From Aliivibrio fischeri ES114 (GTDB lineage: Bacteria; Pseudomonadota; Gammaproteobacteria; Enterobacterales; Vibrionaceae), in the NCBI RefSeq assembly GCF_000011805.1, contig NC_006841.2: 32,000 nt of DNA; one strand, written 5' to 3'. Positions within the stretch are counted from its first letter, which is position 1. Every line of letters begins with the position of its first letter. The notes beneath the pieces are model-generated. The model was given only the letters and a program-made list of their open reading frames with translations, was not told the origin of the DNA and ran no database searches. The position numbers and the translations under genes were made by a program. Shown one piece after another: positions 7,047 to 14,293 of this stretch.

Positions 7047-8389
7047 GTTCTATTAGATATAAAGCATTAAGACTAAAAAGAATCGGCATTGTAGTGATGC
7101 TATCGTTTATTTATATGAGTGTCGGATATTTTATTTTTGATTTAAGCAATAACCTTACTGAAGAAAGAAATAAGACGAATATGCGACACTTATTGAAAAA
7201 ATATGAAAGTGAAATTTTAATAAAAGTAAATGAATACTTAACTTTATCAAAAGTTTATAAGTATATGCTTTTTAAGAATGATTCTTTTATATCAAAAAAC
7301 GACTTCACTTCAATATCTAAGAATTTAATCGAAAAAAACAAAGTAATTAAGAGTTTGCAATTAGCTCCTAATGGTACAGTGAAATATGCATATCCTGAGA
7401 AAGGAAATGAAAATGTGTATATCGATTTGTTTGCAGATAAAAAAAGAAGGGGAGATGCTATTTATGCCAGAGATAATAGAGTAAGTATCATGTCTGAACC
7501 ACTTGAGTTATTTCAAGGTGGGATTGGACTAATAATTCGTACTCCTATTTTTGTCGGCAAGGATTTTAATACATTTTGGGGTTTTAGCATCGTTATACTT
7601 AAGGTAAATGATTTTTTAAATACTTTATCATTACCTGAGTTATGTGATGGTGGATATAACTATAAACTGAGTGTTATACAAAGAAATAGCAATAACAAAA
7701 TTGTTATTAGTGAATCATCATCTGATGACTTAGTAAATGCAGTTGAGCATGAATTTAGTGTTCTTAACCAAAATTGGCTGATATCAGTGGGTTCTCCAGG
7801 TAAATGGATTAATGAATTAGAATATACCTACAAAACGTATATTTTAGTTTTCTTTGTCTTTGCTTTATCACTTATAACCTACATGTTTTACCGGTTGTTG
7901 ATAAAAAAAGAAAAAATGTATGAACTGTCTTATATTGATTCCTTAACAGGTCTTTATAATCGAAGGGCATTTGATAAAGATGCTAAAAAGTGTTTTAAGA
8001 GTTCAATTTTGTTTTTCTGTGATTTAAATGGTTTTAAAAAGATCAATGATATTTATGGTCATGAAGTCGGAGACCAACTACTCATTGAAGTATCTAAAAG
8101 GATGCGCTCTTTTATCGATAGTAAAGGAACTATATATAGATTAGGCGGCGATGAATTTTCAATACTCTTAAATAAAAATGATAATGTTGATGTTCATGTT
8201 TTTATTAATGAGTTATTTGAAATAATATCTGAGTCTTTATTAATTAGTGATGTTGTAATAAATATAAGCATTAGTACAGGTTACAGTGTTTATCCAGTTG
8301 ATGGCTTAATTCTAGAGGATTTAATCCGTATAGCTGATAAAAGAATGTATCAAGCAAAGTTTCAATATAAAAATAGAAATAAAGTATAA
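7043..8389 (+). CDS. Membrane diguanylate cyclase with periplasmic (CHASE-like) sensor domain
   Basis: The GTG start overlaps the upstream TGA (GTGA 7043-7046). Two TM helices flank a ~230-aa periplasmic domain (LQLAPNGTVKYAYPEKGNE...SEPLELFQGGIGLIIRTPIF), which I recall as CHASE-like. The GGDEF domain has FCDLNGFKKINDIYGHEVGD and RLGGDEF (8144-8158). No RxxD is present at the I-site position. Confidence 0.85.
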   Translation: MSSIRYKALRLKRIGIVVMLSFIYMSVGYFIFDLSNNLTEERNKTNMRHLLKKYESEILIKVNEYLTLSKVYKYMLFKNDSFISKNDFTSISKNLIEKNKVIKSLQLAPNGTVKYAYPEKGNENVYIDLFADKKRRGDAIYARDNRVSIMSEPLELFQGGIGLIIRTPIFVGKDFNTFWGFSIVILKVNDFLNTLSLPELCDGGYNYKLSVIQRNSNNKIVISESSSDDLVNAVEHEFSVLNQNWLISVGSPGKWINELEYTYKTYILVFFVFALSLITYMFYRLLIKKEKMYELSYIDSLTGLYNRRAFDKDAKKCFKSSILFFCDLNGFKKINDIYGHEVGDQLLIEVSKRMRSFIDSKGTIYRLGGDEFSILLNKNDNVDVHVFINELFEIISESLLISDVVINISISTGYSVYPVDGLILEDLIRIADKRMYQAKFQYKNRNKV

Positions 8390-8423
8390 ATCTAAAGTTC
8401 TGTTTCTTATTTATCTTATATAG

Positions 8424-8458
8424 ATAGTCATTTCCCTTTTTTGGGATGACTATTTTTT
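8424..8458 (+). terminator. Rho-independent terminator between the signalling operon and the receptor-synthase operon
   Basis: Stem atagtcat(tt)ccc / gggatgactat (11 bp with a 2-nt bulge), loop tttttt, followed by ttttt. It lies only about 50 nt upstream of the next start codon. Confidence 0.65.
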
Positions 8459-8509
8459 ATCAAACGTTAATACCAATTATTTTTGGTTTGCTGCACAAAT
8501 GGTTATTTT

Positions 8510-9862
8510 ATGAAGATGGAAAGTTCAGTGTCTATTCCTGTTTATGTTATCGGTGAATCTAAATCTGTGTATGGAAGTGATATTAATATAATTCATGTTA
8601 AGAGTGCTGATGCTCTTTTATTACACGAGCCAGCTATTTGTATTGTGTCATTACCATCTGAAGAACAAGATAGAACATTAGAATATCTGCATTCTAAATT
8701 ACAGCTATGGAATTGGCATATATATGTATTAAAAGCGAGCAAGTTAAGCTCTCATCTTTCCGATGGAGTATGGACACCGACTAATGTGGCTGAACAGTGG
8801 ATGCTACATAAAGCGAAGTTAGCTCTGATAAAAGATGAACCTCTGGATAAACTTCTTGCTTGGCTTTGGTTAGGCACTGAAAGGTGTTTAAAACCATTGT
8901 GTGATAGCAGTAAAAAAGAACTTTATCACTACCCTCTGATTACTGCGTACATTGGCTATAAAAATGCATCCAATAATTATCTTCAATTAGAAACTAAAAG
9001 AGGTTTTCTAAAGAAAGAGTATACAGTGGATCGAATTCGATTATGTCCATCGTGCAATAGCGGTCATCAAAACTATATTGAAACATGTCCATCATGTAAG
9101 AGTGTCGATATAGAAGAGATGGTTTCTCTACATTGTTTTACTTGCGGGCATGTAGGGAAACAAGACCACTTTATGCAACGTGGGAAATTAGAGTGTCCTA
9201 CTTGTTTAACACAGTTGCGTCATATTGGAGTGGATTACGACAGACCGCTTGAAAGCTATAAGTGTTTAGATTGTGATTATAGTTTTTCAGAATCGGTTGC
9301 TCGTGTTCGTTGCTTGTCTTGTACCGACAGTAATGAGATTGATGATTTAATCACCCGTCATATCAGTACCTATAAAGCGGGCGATCAAGTAAAAAACTTA
9401 ATGATGTATGGTCATCAATCTTTTCATCAAGAGTTGACGTTAAAAGGACTTATTGATGAGGATTCGTTTGATAATTTGCTTGTATGGATAAATAAATTGG
9501 CAATCCGTCATCAACACTCACATATCTTATTAGGTATAAAGCTCGCGGGTATTGAAGAATATTCTGCTCAATTTGGTGAAACTAAATTGATGCAATTGAT
9601 TGACCAGATATCAAATGATCTTAACTCAATACTACGTGATACCGATATTTGCTGCCAGTATCGATCAGATATGATCCTATTATTGATGCCGATGACTCCA
9701 ATTGACTCATTACCGGTGTTGCAAAAGAAGATTGAACTTATTGCTGGAAAAATTGAGTCAGAGTTAGTGCTTCTGAATGTTCATATATGGTCTTTGCCTA
9801 ATGTATCCCTTCAGGATGATGCGGCAAAGTGGTTAGTTGATGAGCTTGGTACTATTGAGTAA
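8510..9862 (+). CDS. Triple zinc-ribbon protein with C-terminal degenerate GGDEF domain retaining the I-site (candidate c-di-GMP receptor)
   Basis: Three CxxC-x10-14-CxxC pairs lie between nt 9044 and 9322. The C-terminal GGDEF-like fold has the active-site loop replaced by RSDMI (9662-9676), with RDTD (9635-9646) exactly 5 residues upstream. Its stop overlaps the GT2 start (TAATG). The start is uncertain: ATG 8510 is chosen, TTG 8483 or ATG 8516 are possible, and no strong RBS is visible. Confidence 0.75.
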   Translation: MKMESSVSIPVYVIGESKSVYGSDINIIHVKSADALLLHEPAICIVSLPSEEQDRTLEYLHSKLQLWNWHIYVLKASKLSSHLSDGVWTPTNVAEQWMLHKAKLALIKDEPLDKLLAWLWLGTERCLKPLCDSSKKELYHYPLITAYIGYKNASNNYLQLETKRGFLKKEYTVDRIRLCPSCNSGHQNYIETCPSCKSVDIEEMVSLHCFTCGHVGKQDHFMQRGKLECPTCLTQLRHIGVDYDRPLESYKCLDCDYSFSESVARVRCLSCTDSNEIDDLITRHISTYKAGDQVKNLMMYGHQSFHQELTLKGLIDEDSFDNLLVWINKLAIRHQHSHILLGIKLAGIEEYSAQFGETKLMQLIDQISNDLNSILRDTDICCQYRSDMILLLMPMTPIDSLPVLQKKIELIAGKIESELVLLNVHIWSLPNVSLQDDAAKWLVDELGTIE

Positions 9863-11175
9863 TGAGTGAATTTGAATACATTTTTTACTCAATAATAGGG
9901 ATGATAAGTGAAGATACAGAATTAATATTTATATTATTTCCAATCATGATCTTAATCGAAATGCCTCTATTTATTTTAGTTGCGAGCGGTGTTTTGCGTT
10001 GGTCTGTTAACTTATCAGAACTAGAAGCAACGTCATGTCCTTCAATTAGCTTTATTATTACTTGTTATGGAGAAGGGGAAGCCATTAGTGAAACGATCGA
10101 TACACTTGTCGAGCAGATTTATCCTAATAAGATAGAAATCTTAGTTGTAGTGGATGGTGCCAAACAAAATGCAGAGACTTATCAAGCAGCCTTATACGGT
10201 GCTAAAAAACATCAGCATAAGCAAATGCGGACAGTTAAAGTCATCGCTAAATGGCAAAGAGGTGGCCGTGTATCTACATTAAATGCTGGTTTATCGGAAG
10301 CAAAAAATGATTTAGTCATTAATGTTGATGGAGATACTTCATTTGACAACAACATGGCATGGGAAATGGCTAAGCAGTTTTCAGATCCAAACGTTTTAGC
10401 CTCTGGAGGTGCACTTCGTGTCCGAAATTGGGATGCTAATTTATTAACCAGAATGCAATCCCTTGAATATATGATGTCCATGCAGACGGGTAAAACTGGA
10501 ATGAGTAATTGGGGAGTCTTAAACAATATTTCTGGTGCTTTTGGTGCATTTCGGATTGAAGTGATTAAGCGAGTTGGTGGTTGGGATACTCATACGGCTG
10601 AAGATCTTGATTTAACCATGCGATTAAAACAATATAAAGGGCGACATCCAAATAGCCGTTTAGCATTTACTCCTCATTCTGTTGGGCATACTGATGCTCC
10701 AGATACGTTAAAAATATTGTTAATGCAGCGGTTACGATGGGATGGCGATTTACTTTTTCTCTTTTTAAGAAAACATAAACAGGGACTAAGTCCGAGTTTG
10801 TTAGGTTGGGGCAACTTTGTTTATACATTAGTTTATGGTGTGATTCAAAACGTGGTTCTACCATTATTAATGGCATTGTTTAGTTTATATGTTTGTTTAA
10901 GTTATCCAATTACATTTGTACTCTCAATGCTTTTGTTTATTTATCTAATATACATAACATTTATTGTTTTAACTTTTTCAATTTACATTGGTCTTGTTTC
11001 AGAAAGACCTAAAGAAGATATTAAATTATCAATATGGTTACCTCTTTATCCTATATATGCATTTTTTATGAGATTAATAACTGCATTTTCAATGGTGAAT
11101 GAAATAACCAGAAGAAGTCATGAGGAGTCAAGCATGGCACCTTGGTGGGTACTTAAACGTGGAAAAAGATTTTAA
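9862..11175 (+). CDS. Processive family-2 beta-glycosyltransferase (polysaccharide synthase, BcsA/PgaC/NodC/HAS class)
   Basis: Motifs present are DGD (10327-10335), TAED (10594-10605) and QRLRW (10726-10740). There is an N-terminal TM segment and several C-terminal TM helices. No PilZ-like extension is seen. Confidence 0.9.
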   Translation: MSEFEYIFYSIIGMISEDTELIFILFPIMILIEMPLFILVASGVLRWSVNLSELEATSCPSISFIITCYGEGEAISETIDTLVEQIYPNKIEILVVVDGAKQNAETYQAALYGAKKHQHKQMRTVKVIAKWQRGGRVSTLNAGLSEAKNDLVINVDGDTSFDNNMAWEMAKQFSDPNVLASGGALRVRNWDANLLTRMQSLEYMMSMQTGKTGMSNWGVLNNISGAFGAFRIEVIKRVGGWDTHTAEDLDLTMRLKQYKGRHPNSRLAFTPHSVGHTDAPDTLKILLMQRLRWDGDLLFLFLRKHKQGLSPSLLGWGNFVYTLVYGVIQNVVLPLLMALFSLYVCLSYPITFVLSMLLFIYLIYITFIVLTFSIYIGLVSERPKEDIKLSIWLPLYPIYAFFMRLITAFSMVNEITRRSHEESSMAPWWVLKRGKRF

Positions 11176-11180
11176 ATATT

Positions 11181-12224
11181 ATGAAAGTAAAATTTCACTT
11201 AGAAAAAGATAAGCAACCAACATCTGATAATGGAATGAAAATTATATACGGAAGTGCTAAGAGAGGTGGGTATAGATTTCGTTGGTATTGTATTTTAGCA
11301 TTAGTGTTAAGTCCTATATTAATAATGGCATACGTTTTTTTTCAACAATATATACTTACTTTAGCACCAGGGATTATTACAACAAGTCCAGTAGTGATAA
11401 CCGCTCCTCAAGATAGTATGGTTACAGCTATAAATGTCAAAGAAGGTAATCAGATTACCTATGGTCGGAATGTTTTAGAGTTAAATGATCCTGTATTAGA
11501 TTCAGATATTCAGTTTATTAAAACAGAGTTAACTAATTTAAATAAAAGGAAGTCTAAAGTACAACATGATCTAAAGTCTTATTTGTTAGCAATTAGAAAT
11601 GCGAAAGATAATTTAGAAAGCATAAAGAAAATAAAACTGAATTATGACAAGTTCATTAAAGAAGGGAAAGTATCACAAGTTGATTATGCCAATATCATTG
11701 GTATGTACAATAGTGCGCAAAATACGTTAACTAGTGCGGACATAGGATACCAAAAGGCACTATTAGACAGTGTGCAAGTTGAATTAGCTGGTGGTATTGC
11801 TCAAGTAGTTCGCTCATTAAATCAAGAGTTAGTTACCAAGTTAAGCCAGAAAAAACTACTAAGTATTCATTCACCATATGACGGAAATATCATAGAAATT
11901 AATACGGTAGTAGGACAAAGAATAAAAAAGGGTGATGTATTAGCGACGATTGCATCTAAGGCTGATCCATTTGTTATAGCGTACTTAGAACCTAAATTTA
12001 TTGAAAAGGCCAAAGAAGGTAGTGTCGTTACCGTCATACTTCCCAACCGTGAAAGATTAAAGGGTAATGTATCTTTAGCTATCGAAACCACAACTAAATT
12101 ACCAGCTCAGTTGGCTAAACCGTTTGAGGGACCAAAATCGTTGTTAAAAGTTAAAGTCACATTAAAGAAAAAAATAACTAAAGAGCAATGGGTAGAGGGG
12201 ATGCCAGTACAAGTTTCTTTTTAA
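11181..12224 (+). CDS. HlyD-family membrane fusion (periplasmic adaptor) protein
   Basis: Short cytoplasmic tail and one TM helix (WYCILALVLSPILIMAYVFF), followed by a lipoyl-like hairpin (VVITAPQDSMVTAINVKEGNQI ... IHSPYDGNIIEINTVVGQRIKKGDVLATIA) interrupted by a long predicted coiled coil. A C-terminal beta-rich domain follows. The gene starts 5 nt after the GT2 stop. Confidence 0.8.
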   Translation: MKVKFHLEKDKQPTSDNGMKIIYGSAKRGGYRFRWYCILALVLSPILIMAYVFFQQYILTLAPGIITTSPVVITAPQDSMVTAINVKEGNQITYGRNVLELNDPVLDSDIQFIKTELTNLNKRKSKVQHDLKSYLLAIRNAKDNLESIKKIKLNYDKFIKEGKVSQVDYANIIGMYNSAQNTLTSADIGYQKALLDSVQVELAGGIAQVVRSLNQELVTKLSQKKLLSIHSPYDGNIIEINTVVGQRIKKGDVLATIASKADPFVIAYLEPKFIEKAKEGSVVTVILPNRERLKGNVSLAIETTTKLPAQLAKPFEGPKSLLKVKVTLKKKITKEQWVEGMPVQVSF

Positions 12225-12292
12225 TATAACTATAAGGTTAATAAAATAAGAGGAAGCGACGATACATTTTATTTATAGATAGAGGTTAGAAA

Positions 12293-12541
12293 ATGAAAGT
12301 AGATTATATTCACTTAACAAATAAAATTTTAGATTCATGTGAATTTTTAAGGTTCGCAATAGAGAAAGATAATGAATTATTTAAAAATAACAAAGATACA
12401 ATATTAAAATTAATAAGTCTTAATGATTGGCTTATTAGTGAGTTATCAAGCTCTAATCTTAAAGATGAACAGCGTGAATTAATGCTAAGAAATTGTTTAA
12501 CTCTTAGTGAAATTACTAAAGAAGTTAGATTAGCTCTATAA
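12293..12541 (+). CDS. Small (82 aa) predicted all-helical protein of unknown function
   Basis: Good RBS (agagg, 7 nt before the ATG), co-directional with and located between the MFP and MCP genes. I recognise no motif. Confidence 0.5.
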   Translation: MKVDYIHLTNKILDSCEFLRFAIEKDNELFKNNKDTILKLISLNDWLISELSSSNLKDEQRELMLRNCLTLSEITKEVRLAL

Positions 12542-12606
12542 AATAAAATACTTACTATTATAAATTAGGATCTTAATGTTCTATTAGGATTATGGACGCG
12601 TGTAAT

Positions 12607-14235
12607 ATGAAAAACATTTCATTGAGAAATAAAATACTATTCCTAGTGGCATTTAATGCAACAGGTTTATTTGTGGCTCTTAATATTATTTATATGAACT
12701 ATGTAGATAATGATAAGACTGAACAGTTTTTATTTAGACAGGTAATTCAATCGTCAGAAATTTTTGATAATTTCGAAAAGAAACTAATTTCGTTAAGAAG
12801 AACAGATTTAGCTTTGATATCTATTCGATTTGAAGATGAAGAAGAGGTAACTGCAAGAGATAAGTTAATCTATGACATTAATTCATTATTAAATTCATAT
12901 AGTGAGTTTGATTTAGATGTGATAAAAAAAGAGAAAACACAATTAGCAACGCTAAACAATGAAATTAACGCATATGTTAATTACATCAATGATATTAGAG
13001 ATCGTCGATTATCAGAACCAAGAGCGAAACTAGTTGGTGATAGTCTCGGATTATATGAAGAAATTAATAATAATATTAGCTACTTATCTAATAAGATAAA
13101 TATCTTCCTTGAAGAATACAGACAGACATCTAAACAAGACCGATTGAACACACTGTATTTTGCAATATTTATTATTGTATCGATAACACTGGTATCAATC
13201 TTAAGTGGTTTATACATCTCAAAAGATTTAAATCGACGTATCGCGTTAATTAACTCATCATTAGATCAGTTTATTTCGTTAGATTTGAGAAGTGGGAAAG
13301 TGTGTAGCTTCATTGATAGTAACGATTTTATTAATGACGAAATCGGTAGCATTATGATGTCTATTCGCTCTTTCAGATTAAAAATTGTGACAGTAATTAA
13401 TGCAGTTAAAGAGAGTATTGAGGTTAGTAATGATGCATTTAGTTTGATGAATGAGCAGTCTAAAGAAAACGAGAAGGCCATTGTTCAACAGCTTAACTCT
13501 GTTGATATGCTTGCAACAGCGATCAATGAAATGCAATGTGCATCAAGTGAGATTACAAATAATATCAATAACTCCGCGAACTTTACTTCTGACGCATCTA
13601 AAGAGTGTAATCAAACTAAGCAAATGGTTTCTAATACCTCTGAAGTGATTAATCTAGCTTCAAATGAGATCGATGAATGTAATGCCTTGATTGCGGAATT
13701 ACGTAACGACAGTAATAAGATTTCAAGTGTTTTAGATATGATCAGTAATATTGCGGATCAAACAAACTTATTAGCACTAAACGCAGCAATTGAAGCAGCA
13801 AGAGCTGGTGAGCAAGGAAGAGGTTTTGCGGTAGTTGCTGATGAAGTTCGTGTATTAGCGCAAAAAACACAACATTCTACGATTGAGATTAATAATATCA
13901 TTTCAAACTTACAGGCTAAAACTCATGATGTAAGTGAAAAAATGGAGTTGAGTCAGACAACGATTAAAGAGTGTGTAGAACAGTCGACAATATCTCGAAA
14001 TAATATTGAAATTGTAGATAACAACTTAAACTCAATTTCAGATATGAGTCATCAAATATCCACAGCAAGTGAAGAGCAGAGCTGTGTTATTGAAGAAATT
14101 AACGGAAACGCGATTAACGTGAGAGACATGTCTCAAGTGTGTATGGATGTATCGAGTGTGATTTCTGAACAGGTTAAGAACATGAATAAGAGCATTTCTA
14201 ATTTGTCGAAAAACGTAGAGCAGTTTAAATTGTAG
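12607..14235 (+). CDS. Methyl-accepting chemotaxis protein
   Basis: Two TM helices flank a ~160-aa helical periplasmic domain. The highly conserved signalling hairpin is present ([39 protein letters not shown]). The start is set at MKNISLRNK (12607); an alternative ATG lies at 12592. Confidence 0.9.
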   Translation: MKNISLRNKILFLVAFNATGLFVALNIIYMNYVDNDKTEQFLFRQVIQSSEIFDNFEKKLISLRRTDLALISIRFEDEEEVTARDKLIYDINSLLNSYSEFDLDVIKKEKTQLATLNNEINAYVNYINDIRDRRLSEPRAKLVGDSLGLYEEINNNISYLSNKINIFLEEYRQTSKQDRLNTLYFAIFIIVSITLVSILSGLYISKDLNRRIALINSSLDQFISLDLRSGKVCSFIDSNDFINDEIGSIMMSIRSFRLKIVTVINAVKESIEVSNDAFSLMNEQSKENEKAIVQQLNSVDMLATAINEMQCASSEITNNINNSANFTSDASKECNQTKQMVSNTSEVINLASNEIDECNALIAELRNDSNKISSVLDMISNIADQTNLLALNAAIEAARAGEQGRGFAVVADEVRVLAQKTQHSTIEINNIISNLQAKTHDVSEKMELSQTTIKECVEQSTISRNNIEIVDNNLNSISDMSHQISTASEEQSCVIEEINGNAINVRDMSQVCMDVSSVISEQVKNMNKSISNLSKNVEQFKL

Positions 14236-14247
14236 TGATGAAGATAA

Positions 14248-14279
14248 AGCTATAAGGCGTGGTGCCTTATAGCTTTTTT
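14248..14279. terminator. Rho-independent terminator after the MCP gene (convergent with gltS)
   Basis: Perfect 11-bp stem agctataaggc / gccttatagct with loop gtggt, followed by a T6 run on the plus strand. The T-tract on the minus strand is weaker. Confidence 0.8.
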
Positions 14280-14293
14280 ATTTACCGATTTAT

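Noticed and set aside
10212-10526. 104-aa minus-strand ORF inside the GT2 gene, along with 10667-10876, 11867-12091, 13266-13481, 13451-13648 and 6152-6415.
   Set aside because: These are antisense or alternative-frame ORFs nested in genes with strong motif support. They have no RBS and no recognisable motifs.
11262-11276. RxxxR (RGGYR) in the cytoplasmic N-terminal tail of the HlyD-like protein as a possible PilZ-type c-di-GMP contact.
   Set aside because: The tail is only about 35 aa, and no D/NxSxxG second motif or beta-barrel follows before the TM helix. A lone RxxxR is not evidence of a PilZ domain.
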